From Prorocentrum cordatum (taxonomy: Eukaryota), in assembly GCA_963575745.1 (NCBI GenBank), contig CAUYUJ010000214.1:186001-250000 (forward strand): 64,000 nt of DNA, written 5' to 3'. Under the pieces are notes generated by a model. It was not told the DNA's origin and made no database searches. It was given only the letters and a program-made list of their open reading frames with translations. The translations under genes and the position numbers were made by a program. Of the stretch, positions 26,701 to 39,185 are shown piece by piece; within the stretch, counting starts at the first letter, position 1, and the number at the start of each line of letters is the position of its first letter.

Positions 26701-29109
26701 CATGAGAAGTCTGGGTGTGCGGCAAAGTTCACTCGCAGGTAATTTTGCAAGTCGCACCCCGCGGCTCTTTAGCGGGCGTTTCGACCTTGACCCCCTCATG
26801 CGGATGTCCCGTCCTGTTCTGTCTCCTCATCCCCCTCCTCTTTTCTCCTCCTCCTCCTCCTCCTCCTCCTCCTCCTTCTCCTTGTCCTCCTCCTCCTCCT
26901 CCTCCTCCTCCTCCTCCTCCTCCTCGTGCTAGTCATAAGGTTACTAAAAGGGCGCGCGGTCAGTCCAGACTGCCGAAAGGGGGGCAGCGCCGGGGCCAGC
27001 GGAGAGGCAAACCGTCATCCGGTGGGCGGCAGGTAACGTGCCGCTACCGAGCCAGGACCGTCGGGGGCCGTCGTCGCGAGATCTGGCGCTTCGGAGGTGG
27101 CCAAGCTTTGCTAGAGCCGCTTCGGGACGTTCGGAATAGGTACGGGAAGAATAGGTACGAAGACTCGCAGCTGTTCCTGTTCGTTTTGAACAGGACTCGC
27201 TGTCCGCGCCGCCGCGGGCTCTTCCCATCTGAGACAAAAGGCCGCCGGTCCATCAGCGGCCAATTGTGTTTTTGGACAACATTTGTTGTTGGGCATCGTG
27301 CCCATGTTTCCAGGACCTGTTTCGGTCGTCCAAATCACTTGCGCCAGAGCGGCGCAAGTTCAGGGACCAAGGCCTTGCCGAAGTGCACCTTGGCGGGCGA
27401 CGCGGGCGCCCGGTAAGGCCGATATGGCGGCCCGGGGTAAGGGGGGCGGGCCCACGGGAACAGAGGCACGTCGGATTTCCACGCGTGGGATGTCTGACAC
27501 TCGTGCCGGTAGGCCCCCCCCCCTTGGACGGAGCTTCGCCAGCTCTCGCGGTCGAGGCTTCCGCTCTTCAGCATATTTTCGCGGCACCGAGAACACAGCT
27601 TTGCGGCCTCGAGCGCCAGCGCCTTCTCAGGGGTTGCCACCGCGGATGCTCGCGATGCCGCGCGCTTGGCGCCCACTGGAGGCGAGAGCCTCCCGTCGCT
27701 CAGGGAGTGGATGCCCTCACCGGCGGGGCCCGCGAAGCTCCGTGGAGGTGAGAGTCTTGGTGGCGTTGCCAAGAGGGGCCCGCCCGTCCCTCTGCCGCCA
27801 TCCTGGGGCCAGCGAGTTTCGAAAGCGCGACTGCGTGTGTGTCAGGGGGCGAAGAGAACGGTATAACATGAGCTGCTCCGCCGTCGTGGACGCCTGCCGG
27901 GCAGGCCCCCACGGCGGCGGAAGAGTTCACGACCACGACGGCAGGCGTCCACGACGGCAGGCGTCCACGACGACGACAGGCCCTGCCCCCCGGGCGGCTG
28001 AAGGTTTGTGTGCCCCTACGAGCAATGCTCGAAGTCCTGTGCTCCCGTGCGTTGTTTGGATGTCGTGCTTTGACTCGAGCGCCGTTTTGGTTCGCCCCGT
28101 GCGGTCTTTTGCTCCCTGATCCCTTGCGTTGCGTTTGCCGTGAAAACATACCTGGTGGTGCACCCACATGTGCGTCCGTGATTATACTTTTGCTCATGTG
28201 CAGTCAACGTGGAGCGCCTGTGGAGTCTTACGCCTACGGAGAGTCGGTCGTAGCTGGGGGCAGCTGGGGGGTGAAGGAAGGGTAGGATCAACAAATCTGT
28301 GGACGGATCACGGGGGAGAGAACCGGGAGGATGGAGAAGAGAAGCAGGAGGTGAGAGGAGGTGAAAGGAGGGAGGGAGGGAGGGAGAAGTTGGGAGCGAG
28401 GAAGTGAGAGGGAGGGAGGGAGGGGAGAGGAAGGCTCCATCCCTCCTCCCTCGAGGCTCCTGCATCCTGCCTCGAGCTTCCTGCCAGCTATGCACCGTTT
28501 GGTTTTTGTACCTTGACGTTTTGTGTCGTGTGCTCCTCTTGTACGTCGGTTCGTTCCCTCTGCTTCTTCCCTGCTGCCTCCCGCGACGTCCCCAGACGTC
28601 CCGCGATGTGCTTTCTCAGTGCGCGGCACCAGAGGTCCCGACCCTCTCTCTGGGGGTGGGCTGTCGCCCCGGATCCGCGTCTCGTGGCCCCCGGGCCCGC
28701 CGACGGGCCCCAGAGGCTGCGAGCGAGGGAGATCGCCAGGATGGCACAAAATCGTACGGTGGGGGCGGGAGGAGGAGGAGGAGGGGGAGGAGGATTAGGA
28801 GGAGAGGAGGAGGAGGAGGAGGAGGAGGAGGAGAGGAGGAGGAGGAGGGAGGAGGAGGAGGAGGATTAGGAGGAGGAGGAGGAGAGGAGGAGGAGGGGAG
28901 GAGGAGGGGAAGGATGTGGAGGAGGAGGAGGAGGAGGAGGAGGGGGGGAGGAGGATTAGGAGGAGGAGGAGGAGGAGGAGGAGGAGGAGGAGGAGGAGGA
29001 GGAGGAGGGGAAGGAGGAGGAGGAGGAGGAGGAGGTGGAGGAGGAGGAGGAGGAGGCCTCAGACCCGGGAGGATGTTTTATTGGATGGGGGCGGCGGTGG
29101 TGCCGTGGA

Positions 29110-29275
29110 GACCCATGCCAATAAGCACCCTGCTTGCCTTCAGGGTGCCCTGGGTTTCTTGGGCTGCAATGGTTCTGCGAATGGAATCGTGACGTTCCCG
29201 CACCGAGAATCAATGGGCATCCTGGGGTCTCAGGGTTGGGTTTCTTGTGGCAGGTCTCTTGTGGTCGAGCTCCTG
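29110..29275 (+). repeat. Dispersed repeat family D (also ~25345-25495 and ~36795-36960)
   Basis: CACCCTGCTTGCCT..GTGACGTTCCC..GAGAATCAATGG..CCTGGGGTCTCAGGGT. Confidence 0.75.
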
Positions 29276-29394
29276 CTGCATCCACGGCCAGTCCACGAAT
29301 GGAGCTCCACCGGCTCCCAGACCCTGGGCTCCTTGCCACCGTCGGGGGCCCCCAAACGGGAAGGTGACCACACCGTGTGGCGAGTCGGTGGGGA

Positions 29395-29570
29395 TTCGGG
29401 GTCACCGCACGGTTTTGGGACTCGGGTCGTTCTCCGAGGACGGCTCGGGCGACTGGGGCATCCGAGGCTCCAACACCGTGCGCTGACGGACCGTGCGGTG
29501 AGGCCTTGGGGGATTTCGAGGCCACCGCACGGTCTGTCGCCGCACCGTTGCGGGACTCCTCGCCACGGGG
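29395..29570 (+). repeat. Dispersed repeat family K (homologous to ~7870-8030)
   Basis: GGGTCG.TCTCCGAGG..GACTGGGGC.TCCGAGG..GCGGTGAGG.C.T.GGGGGATT.CGAGG..CACCGC. Confidence 0.65.
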
Positions 29571-30471
29571 TCCCCTGTCCCATGCCCTGCTCTCCCCTCG
29601 GAGGGCCGGGCCCGCGCCCTGCATGCCTCCTGCCTCCACCCTACCCTCCTGGTGCAGGCGGGGGCTCCACAGAGGGCACAAGCCAAGCGCCCATCCTCAT
29701 GACTTTTGTGGTGTGCCGCGTCCTCCCCGCCCCGGTCAGAGTCCACCGCCCGGGGCCGCTTCCAGTGCACAAAAACCGTGAGGGGCCCGGTGTGTCCTGC
29801 CTTCCTAGCGGCCGGGCCAGCCGCGGCGTCGAGGACATCCACCTGCGCGACTCTCTCGCAACGCTCTCGCCTCCCCCTCCCTACCTCAGGAGAGGAGGAA
29901 AACATACAGACACAACTGGTCGTCGATTCGCGGGAAGACATGGAAAACAGGGGAAGCGGAGTGGAAGACGAGCATCCAGGAAATATGGAAGACATGGGGC
30001 ATCCTTGGATTTGTGTCTACTCATTTGTTTGTCCCAAGACCCAGACGTCATGCTTTTTGTTTTGTTCTGTAACGCCGACCCCCAGTGGCCTCGACTCACT
30101 CCCCGGGACCGCTGTTCCATTCCGAGTCGTTTTGTGGACGCTCCCGAGGGCGGGTACAGGGGGCCTGCAGGGGCCGAGCATAGGGAAAAACGTCCTGCCA
30201 TAATCTTTCATGACCGGAGGGGCTCCGGGTCCCCAGACCCCTGACGTCATAATCTTTTCAGACCGTCGACTCTAGAGGTCTCGACCCATTCTCCTGGACC
30301 GGTTTCTCATCATGCCCCTGGACCGGTTTTTCACCCCGAGTCGGTCTTTGACGGCCCCGAGGGCCGGGAAGGGCCTCCAGAGGCCGAGACGCCTCCCGTT
30401 CTGATTTTTTCCCTTGCCCGTAGGGCTCTGGGTCCCTGGGCCCCCTCCCTGCCTCCCTCCCTCCCCTACAG

Positions 30472-30654
30472 CCGACGGCCGCCCCCCCCGGGGCGCGCCC
30501 GCCATGGCTGCCGCGGGCCTGCCGCACGCCGCGGGCGCGGAGGCGGCGGCGCCGTCGCCCGTGCCGGCGCCGGCGCAGGCCGCCGCCTGCGGCGCGCCGA
30601 GCGGCGGCGCCGCGCCGAGGGGCCCAGCACGTGCGGAGCCGGAGCTCAGGGGAG
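30472..30654 (+). CDS. Putative exon (Ala/Pro/Gly-rich) of PI3/PI4-kinase-like gene
   Basis: Pyrimidine-rich ...CTACAG| acceptor and AG|GT donor; high GC3; AEPEL motif shared with exon at 35148; phase 1 fits next exon. Confidence 0.45.
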
Positions 30655-31082
30655 GTGGTCGAGGAGGAGGAGGGGGAGGAGGAGGGGGAGGAGGGGGAGG
30701 ATGGGGGAGGTGATCGAGGAGGAGGGGGGGGGGGAGGATCGGGAGGGGATGAATGATCGGGAGGATAAGGAGTATATAGGCAGGGAGGAGGGCGAAGGCC
30801 GGGCGCAGGGACGCTCGCGGCAGAGCGCCTCGAGGCCGGCCAGGCGAGCTGGGCTTCGGGGCCGGCGCGTCTGTAGTCCTTCGCACAGGGACCAGGTAGA
30901 TACAGTCGGATACAGTCGGACCGAGGTAGAAGATCGAGGTCGGTTCGGGGAGGGTGCCCTCGTGTTCCTCTTGTTCGTTTTGGGCGCGCTCGTTCATCCT
31001 GGGGAGGGTGTCCTGGGATGTTCTGTGTGTTCGGGCCGGCGGAGGGTCTCGTGTTCGTGAGGGATGTTCTTCCGGCTTAGGT

Positions 31083-31222
31083 TCAAATCGGGCATGTCCC
31101 TCTGCAGGAGGAAAACTCAAGGAAGTGACGATTTTTCGTGCTCTATTGACTATGCTTGATTATTCTTGCTTATGTTTATCCATCTTCCAAAATCCGCCTG
31201 TAAGAGGACATGCCCGACCTAA
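31083..31222. mobile_element. hAT-like MITE family A
   Basis: TCAAATCGGGCATGTCCCTCT ... AGAGGACATGCCCGACCTAA; flanks GCTTAGGT/GCCTACAT. Confidence 0.75.
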
Positions 31223-32331
31223 GCCTACATCCCCCCTCAAACTCCACTGCAAGTGTTTAATCGTGGGCGACGCGCGAAACGCGGCCCACGGGGTCAGATT
31301 TTTGTGTTTGCAGCCGCCAATTGTGGTGCGAACGCCGACATGTTGGGGTCCTTGGGCGCCGCCACGTCGCGGGAAAAACTTTCGTTTGATTTCGAGGGGG
31401 GACGGTCATCGTTTTTTATTCATTGTTTTGCCTATCGGCGCGGGCCCTCGCATTCTCCCCTCCCCCCCCCGCCATGGAGCAGATCTTGGCTGTTTTTGGA
31501 GCCCGTTTCGAGCAGGTGGAGTCTCCCCCATTGGGCGCACTGCTGCAAACAGTCTCGCACTAAGCAGAGGTCTGGAGCCAGACCCCCCCTCCCCCCCCTT
31601 CCGCCCAATGTCGAAACACCGAATACGAAAACGTTCACATGTAGGTCCGACTGTATTCGGAGGCTGCTCGACCTCCTATCCTGACACATCGATTAGTGAC
31701 TTGGCCGTCTTCGGTTCGCGAGAGGGCGTCGCGGCCGTTATTTCTGCGGGTCCAGGTCCGTCGGATTCGGTGATGTTCCAACCTACTTTAGCTTTGATCA
31801 CCAGAAAGAATTTCGAGCACCAGCAAAGTACCCCCAAACTCGAGGGTTTTCACGGGCCCTGGGAGACACTGTTTCGACACTGTTTCGTCACTTTTCCAGG
31901 TGCTCGAAACTGTTTCGAAGTAGGACGGGAGCAATATAATCCTAGCCCGTTTTCACCGAAGGTCGGGTGTTGCTAGAAGTGCCCCTGGCCCAAGGTGCCC
32001 CTAGAATTCTCGGCGTGGCCCAGACGACTTCCAGAGCACCCCATCACGAGGCCCAGAGGGCCCCAGGGGCTCCAGGGTGGTGCGAAACGCTTGGTGGCAC
32101 CTGGGCCAGGGGCCCAGGGCCAGGGGCACTTGGGAGGGGGAGGAGGAGGAGGAGGAGGAGGAGGAGGAGGAGGAGGAGGAGGAGGAGGAGGAGGAGGAGG
32201 AGGAGGAGGAGGAGGAGGAGGAGGAGGGAGGAGGAGGAGGAGGGAGGAGGAGGAGGGAGGAGGAGGAGGAGGAGGAGGAGGAGGAGCACTTCTGGGCAGC
32301 ACCCGAAAAGATGGTGGCTCACTGGAGGGAG

Positions 32332-32490
32332 GTCTGCCCACCGCCGACTGCGCACCCCTCCTCGCGCCGGTCGCCCCGTGGGGCCCCTCGCCCGGGAGGC
32401 TCCTCGCCGCCGCGGCGGCACTCGCCCCTCGGGGGCCCCGAGGCGCCGGGGGCTCGGGCTCGCTGGCGCTCGCGGACGAGCGCGTCCCGG
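32332..32490 (+). CDS. Putative exon of PI3/PI4-kinase-like gene
   Basis: AG|GT acceptor and G|GT donor, phase 1 to phase 1; reads LPTADCAPLLAP...ALADERVP. Confidence 0.45.
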
Positions 32491-32493
32491 GTT

Positions 32494-32657
32494 TGAGGTC
32501 GGGCATGTCCCCCTATAGAGGAGGAGTATACCCCAGAATAGTCAAAGCATAGTCTGAGGGCGATGGTCCTATCGTGTTTGGATTCTTTTCGAATGTTTTT
32601 GGACCATCGTTCATTTTTCTTCCGAAGTCCGCCTGTCGGAGGACATGTCCGACCCAA
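32494..32657. mobile_element. hAT-like MITE family A (intronic, 3 nt after the putative donor)
   Basis: TGAGGTCGGGCATGTCC ... GGACATGTCCGACCCAA. Confidence 0.75.
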
Positions 32658-32762
32658 TACTGGGTTCTGACGGCCCAGTTTTGCGCGTGGGATGTCCGCC
32701 GCGGGAGCTCGCGCCAAGTTTCAGACTAGGCCTCGACGCTTCCGTGGTGGCCCCCCTGTCAG

Positions 32763-32878
32763 GCCGAGCCGAGGCCCCCGAGCCCGAGCCTGGCGTCTCC
32801 CCGACGGATGCCGCTGCGCCCTTCCCCGCGCTCGTCGCCCTTCGGGGCCTTTCCTGGGAGAGCCTCGCCGCCACGGCG
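32763..32878 (+). CDS. Putative exon of PI3/PI4-kinase-like gene
   Basis: TCAG|G acceptor and G|GC donor (32875 or 32878); reads RAEAPEPEPGVSPTDAAAPFPALVALRGLSWESLAATA. Confidence 0.5.
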
Positions 32879-34078
32879 GCAGATATTGTTGTGCCGTGCC
32901 TTGCGCACATGTTAGAAGTTTCATGCTTCTTCACATCCCACGCAACTCCGTCTTGCAAAGAGGCTCCAAACAGCGGTGGAAGATTTCGAAGGATTTATGT
33001 CCCACGTGCACAGGCCTTTCTTGCCGCACAGACGGCACCTGGACTTCGAGAGCGGCTGGCAAGGCCGCACTTTTTTCGCATTCTTTTCACTCTAAACACT
33101 CGCCCCATCCGCGGGTCTGGCCCGGGCGCGCCCCGGGGAGGCTTCCGGGAGCGGGCGGCCGCGTCGGTGCCCGTCGCGGTCGCTGCACCGCCACCGCGGC
33201 CGGGCATCCAGAGGGCCGCGCGGGCACGGCGAGGGTGCAGCATTGGCAGCCACCAGGGGAAGTCATGACTAGACAGGGGGGGAAGCAGAGGGACAGTGGA
33301 TGGGAAACAGATTCGAGCCCTTACATATTCGAGGGAGATCCCAAATCACCCCCGCGCCCCACACATCAATGTTGATCTCAGGAAAGGCGGTGCTTTGGGG
33401 ATCGAATGTTTCTGTCCACTCACGTCCCCCCCCGTCGCCACGCCACCAATATCAATTTCGGGGGGTCTGGGGGGCACCTTGGGCCACAGGGTTCGAATAG
33501 AATGTCCATGTGCGGGAGGGGAGGAGGAACCGAGGAATGCACGTAACGCTGTGACTACGGGAGTGGTCTACACCTGTTGCCAAAGTCCCATGTTGCGCCT
33601 GACGCATTCTGGGATGCCTAAGTCCCCATCTGCGTTCTAGGCGCCTTCCTGCCTGCAGCATTCTGGGAGGCCCACCATCTTGCGCCTGCAGCATTCTGGG
33701 AGGCCCAGGTCCCCATCTACGTTCTAGGCGCCTCCCTGCCTCTCAATGCGTGGGGTTGTCCTGCCCTCCTCCCTGGTCCTCGGGGGGGGGCGGGCGGAAG
33801 CCCAGGCTATGCGTTCAACGCCTCCCTACCTTTTCGGGGGTGGACAGGACCCCCGCCCTGCCACGGCGATTCGTGAATTGTCCGTCTTCGATTCTCGCGA
33901 GGGCGCCGTCGCGGCCGTCACTTTCCAGGCCCGCGCCCGCCAGGTTCGGGCCCGAGGTCGTTTTCACCAGGCCACGTTTTGCTAAGTGGGGCTGTGCCCA
34001 TCCCCGATACTTCATGCTTCTACCGACTTTTTCCGACCGACGGGTGCCTTTTATCGGCGCCGCCCCACCATTCTAATA

Positions 34079-34253
34079 CAGTCGGGCCGCTGAAGAAGGA
34101 ACCCTTTTCGTTGGGCAGGGGCCCAGTGTTCCTTACTTGTTTTACCGTTTGTCTCAGTTGGTCCCGAGGTTTCCTGTGGGAAGTCGAAGTTCAACCGATG
34201 GAAAGAGTGGCCTCGCTCCTGCTTTGGGGCTCCTTCTGGCAGCGTCTCGACTG
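34079..34253. mobile_element. Tc1/mariner (pogo-like) MITE, family G copy 2
   Basis: TA|CAGTCGGGCCGCTG ... CAGCGTCTCGACTG|TA. Confidence 0.8.
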
Positions 34254-34430
34254 TACGCTGTGCGCGTCGCCCCCGCACGGGCGGCGCGCGCCGAGAGAAG
34301 TCTCACAGCACGAGCTCCGCGGCGGGCGCGCTCTGGCCACGCCGCTCGGGAAACGAGGCGCTCCAAGATGGCTGCACCGTATGCTCAGGTCGACACATGC
34401 GCCTCCGAGGAGTACATCTTCGTGCGCCTT

Positions 34431-34642
34431 AGATCTGACGAGCGGACAACACGCACCCATACCCATAGGGGGGTCGTTGGGAGGAGGACTGGCTTTGGGT
34501 ATGGGTGCGGGTTGTCGGACCCTGGGGAACGCTCCCGTTCGAGCGGGGACCCCCATCCGACAACACGCACCCATAGCCCTCTCCGATCCCCCTATGGGTA
34601 TGGGTGTGTGTGTGTGTGTGTGTTGTTGGTTCGTCAAGATCT
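34431..34642. mobile_element. Foldback/MITE with internal inverted sub-repeats
   Basis: AGATCTGACGA..CAACAC.CACCCATACCCATAGGGG / CCCCTATGGGTATGGGTG..GTGTTG..TCGTCAAGATCT. Confidence 0.65.
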
Positions 34643-35147
34643 GGTTTTGTCCCAACCATCCTGTGGTGTTGGGGTCCTCGTTTTGAGGAGACGGCGCCAG
34701 GCGTCCCCGCCACCCATATCGGCACACGCATCACACGCTTCGTGGCCCCATGGGGAGCTCCACCGAAGACGATGCTCACAACTGCGTGATTCACAGCTGC
34801 ATATAGTTGGGTCCTCCAGGCTAATTTCAATCTGGCGCTTTCTCTTCGATTTCGGCCTCCAGGGCCCGTTGTTGGGCCCGGGGGCTATCGAAAACGGATC
34901 CGGGACGAAAAAGCACCTCCGGGGAAGGGGTCGGGACCTCTGGGGTCGCGGGTTGAGAAAATCGGCGCCGAGCGAGGGGGGGCAAGTGAGAAGGAGAAGG
35001 CCTTCTCAGAAGGCTCGGACGTCCCTCGGCCCTCTGAGAAGCTTTCTGGGCCTGCTCGGACGGCGCGAGGGCTTCCGAGGAGTCCCGCCGCCTCCCGAGC
35101 AAACCATGCCGATAAGGCTGCCGTCTGGGTGCCTCCCGCCTCCTCAG

Positions 35148-35306
35148 GAGCCGCCGCGTGCCTCCGCCGCGGGCGCGGGCGGCGGCGGTGCGCCCGCGGG
35201 CGGGCCGAGCAGGTACGCGGAGCCGGAGCTGGCGGGCTGCACCGCCAGGGCGGCGGCGCCGGCCGCGTGCGCGCCCGCCTCCGGCGCGGAGCGGCGTGCG
35301 CCAAAG
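35148..35306 (+). CDS. Putative exon of PI3/PI4-kinase-like gene
   Basis: CCTCAG|G acceptor and AAG|GT donor; 159 nt, phase 0 to 0; reads EPPRASAAG...YAEPELAG...ERRAPK. Confidence 0.55.
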
Positions 35307-35408
35307 GTCGGCCCTGCGCAGAGAGGGGTGTGGGGTGAAGGTCGGGTCCGTCCTTCCACAGGAGGAGCATGCAAGATTAGTCAAAAAAAATAGTCTGGGG
35401 GTATAGGG

Positions 35409-35573
35409 TGAAGTCGGGCCTTTCCCTCCACAGTAGGAACATGCAAAGAATAGTCTTAAAAATAGTCTGGGGACTCTTTCTTGAAGATTTGTTGATACCA
35501 TTTTGGAGTATTCTTTGGAGTATTCATCCTTTTTCGTCGAAGATCCCCCTGTAGGGGGGCAGGCCCGACGTAA
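35409..35573. mobile_element. hAT-like MITE family A (extra left-end fragment at ~35337-35400)
   Basis: TGAAGTCGGGCCT ... AGGCCCGACGTAA; flanks GTATAGGG/GGGTAGGG. Confidence 0.7.
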
Positions 35574-35960
35574 GGGTAGGGTGAGAGGGGAAGGCTTCTT
35601 AGAAGCGCCCCTGCTCCGAAGAAGAAAAAAAACGCCAGAAACATGGGCTTTCGGCGCTCGGCGCTGATTTCCTGGAAATCCGCGCTGGGCCCCCCCGGCG
35701 TCGCCTCTGGCGCCGCCCCTGGCGCGCTCCGCTAGGGAGGGTGGGGTTCGCTTCGCTCGGGAGCTCCCGAGCGAAGGGAACCCCACCCTCCCCCTCAGAA
35801 GTCGTGGGGGGTAGGGGTAGGCTTCGCATGTGGCCCCCTACCTCTGGGCCTCGCGATGGGGGGATAGGGGGTGCTCTGGAGGCCCTGGGGGGGCCTCCTT
35901 GGCAGTCCTGGGGGCACGCGTGGGCCAGAAGCACTCTTAGCAGCCGCCCCCCGCAGAGAG

Positions 35961-36114
35961 GGCCCGCAGCCGCCGGGCCCCGCCGGCGGAGGCGAGCGGT
36001 GCAGATCAGGGGAGCCGTGCGGCCCGGCCGAGCCGGCGGGGCCGTGGCTGGCGGAGGCGCTGTGCGGCTGCCGCCTGGGCGAGGCGGTGGCGCTGCCGCA
36101 GCCGCTGAGCCTCG
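35961..36114 (+). CDS. Putative exon immediately upstream of the kinase N-lobe
   Basis: AG|G acceptor (phase 0) and G|GC donor (phase 1); reads ...WLAEALCGCRLGEAVALPQPLSL; joins exon 37104 in frame. Confidence 0.55.
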
Positions 36115-37103
36115 GCGCCGAGGGGCGCACGCGAAAACGACGCGAAGATCGGGACAAAATCGGATCGGGAGAACTCGAAGTCTCTGAGAATCGGCGGGTT
36201 TGGAGGATGTATCGGGCGCCGCGGCCGCTCCAGAGCGTGTCGGAACGCTCTGAGAGCGCTCCGGAACGCTCTGGAGCGGTTTAACCCGATCCTAGCCCTG
36301 TTTTGCACGCCCGCTGCAGTCCGACCCGCACAGGAAGGGTGGGCGGGCTTCCCGCGGGCGCCCTCTGGTATCCTTGCCTCCTGGGTCCATGCTGGGCGAC
36401 GTCTTCGCCATAGCCGCGCCCCGGTCGAGGAGGGCCGGCGTGGCCTTCCAAAGGAGGCCTTCTGCATCCTCACCGCGCCTCCTTCTCGTGCGGTGCTGGC
36501 TGTAGGCGCGCGGGATGCGAAAGCGGCCCCCGCCAGCAGGTGCCCCGCGGAGTTTTCTCGTATCCCGCGTTCGCCCCCCGGGGGGCTCACAGAGGCCCCC
36601 CCGGGGACGTGTTCTGCATCCTATAGGAGCTTTTCTGTGGTGTGGTGCCCTTCTGGGGTCCAGGCAGGGCCCCCAGAAGCCCGAGACGCCAGAACGTGGC
36701 CACGCGCAGAGGGGGTCGGGGGGAGGGGGGGAGGCTCCTCAGAAGCAGCCCTGACTCTCAGGAGGCGCAGGCCTTTTGCTGTAGACGTACAGTGGGGGCC
36801 CATGCCACGAAACACCCTGCTTGCCTCCAGGGTGTCCAGGGTGTCTTGGGTTTCGGCGGTTTTGCGATGGAAGCCGTGACGTTCCCACACCGAGAATCAA
36901 TGGACGTCCTGGGGTCTCAGGGTTGGGCTTCCTGTAGAAGGTTTCTTGTGGTCGGGCCCCTACTGTAGGGCCTGTAGGGCCGGCGCCTTCTGAGAAGCAG
37001 CCTCCCTCTAAGAAGCCTTCCCCCTTCCCCCTACCCCCTGGTGCGCGCCGCCCCAAAAAACCTTCCTCGTGACGCGAGGTGGTCAGGGTTGGCACCTCTG
37101 CAG

Positions 37104-37295
37104 GCAGCCGCATCTTCCTGGAGGCCACCGCAGAGCACGAGTTCAAGACCGCCTCTGGCGCCCGCCTCGTGCGTCTGACGCCCGGCGGCTTCCGGTTCAT
37201 CTTCAAGCGCGACGACGTGCGCGGCGAGCATGCAGCGATGTGCGCGCTGCGCCGCATGAACGAGCGGTGGCGCCAGCAGTCGGTGCAGTGCTGCG
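37104..37295 (+). CDS. Exon encoding N-lobe of a phosphatidylinositol 3/4-kinase-like catalytic domain
   Basis: CTGCAG|G acceptor; very high GC3; FKTASGARLV...FIFKRDDVRGEHAAMCALRRMNERW resembles the PI3K/PI4K FKS...IFKxGDDLRQ(D/E)...M..xW motif. 3' boundary uncertain (37282 or 37295). Confidence 0.65.
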
Positions 37296-37582
37296 GCACC
37301 CCGACCCGCCCTGCTGCCTTCGCTGCCGGCGAGCACTCCCCCTCTCTCTCTCCCCGCTGCCGCTCCCTTGTCGCTCGTGCCTTCGTCGGCTCGACGAGGG
37401 AGCAGCGGCACAAGCATGAGGCTTCTGAGCTCCGCGCGGATTTCTGAGATCGGCGTTGGCACTCTCCCGGCGGCGCCTCCGGCGCTGCCCGTGGCGTGCT
37501 CTGGGGGTCCAGCGCCGATGCAGCAAACCCGGGCGGAGCCCCAAAGGAGTTGCTTCTGCAGCTTGCCCTTCCTCGATTAACT

Positions 37583-37774
37583 TTATGTCGGGCGTGCCCC
37601 CCTACGGGAAGATTTTCGCCGAAGAATAAAAGATACACCAAAAATCATCCAAAAATACTCCCAAAATAGTCTGGGGACCATTTCGTGGGTATTTGTTGAC
37701 CTTTTTGGGGTATTTGTGGGGTATTTTTTATTTTTCGTCGAAAATCCCCCTGTAGGGGGACGCGCCCGACTTAA
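37583..37774. mobile_element. hAT-like MITE family A with perfect 8-bp TSD GATTAACT
   Basis: GATTAACT|TTATGTCGGGCG ... CGCCCGACTTAA|GATTAACT; imperfect TIRs of >50 bp. Confidence 0.85.
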
Positions 37775-38129
37775 GATTAACTTTGTTCATGCCCTCCAGC
37801 TTCTTCGGACGCTCGCTCGATCTCGGATTCTTGCCCTTGCACGTGGTCGTCACCTCCTCTGCCTCCCACTCGTGCGAAGCAGTCCCGAGCGCCCGCGGTC
37901 CTGGCCCGAGCGTTTGCGATTGTGTGTGCAGCCCACTAGTGTGCGTCCGCGTATGGCGGTGTGTGCGCAGTGGTGGCCGTAAGCACGACGCCGCCTTCCC
38001 AGCAGGTCATCGGATGACTTTGTTCATCTCCTTGTGTGAGCGAACATGCACCACGCGGCTGCAGAGGGATCAGGAGGATGGCGGAGGGCGGATGTTGATG
38101 ACAATGATCATGGTGTTGGTGGTGGTGGC

Positions 38130-38219
<90 letters not shown>

Positions 38220-38244
38220 AATGGTGATGAAAATGATGATGAAA

Positions 38245-38318
<74 letters not shown>

Positions 38319-38320
<2 letters not shown>

Positions 38321-38655
38321 CTACGACGATGACGATGATTCTGATGGTGATGCTGCAGCTGCTGCTGTCGATGACGATGGTGATGCTGCTGATGTCTAAG
38401 CCTCCTAGATGGGGTCAGAGTAGATGGGGTCGGAGGATCGCACCGCATCGCCGACGCATCGCCGATGCGGCTCGATGCGGAGCCCGATTTGCTTCACGTC
38501 ACGTCGCCGATTCATCGCCCACGTCGCCGATACATCGCCCGTGCATGGTCGATGAATCGCCGATACATCGCCCATGTATCGGCGATGCGGCGCGATCTTC
38601 CGACCCCACCTGTACTCCGACCCCACTTAGGAGGCCTCTCTGATGATGAGGATTG

Positions 38656-38726
<71 letters not shown>

Positions 38727-39150
38727 CTGATGATCATAATGATGATGATGATGCTGCTGACAAGGATGCCGATTCTGATGATGATGATGATGCTAAGGGG
38801 AGGAGGGGATGGAGGAAGAAGGAGATGAATGATGCTGCTGATGATGATGCTGACTGTGATGACGAGGATGCTCATGACGATGACAATGATGATGATGGTG
38901 GTGGTGGTGATGATGCGGTGATGATGCTGGTGGTGATGATGGTCATGCTGTCGTTGATGATGATGAGGATGAGGATGGAGATGATGATGCTGATGATGAT
39001 GTTGATGTTTTGCTGCTGATGATAACGATGATGACTGTGAAGATGATGATGATGATACTGACTATGGTAAGTATGATTGTAATACTGATGATGCTGATGC
39101 TGATGCTAATGATGATGTTGAACAATGATGATGCTGAGTCTGGCGCTGAT

Positions 39151-39185
<35 letters not shown>

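Noticed and set aside
37790..37900. Next kinase exon (LHVVVTSSASHSCEAVPSA)
   Set aside because: Only a vague likeness to the PI4K hinge region; no convincing splice sites or conserved G-x-I-E.
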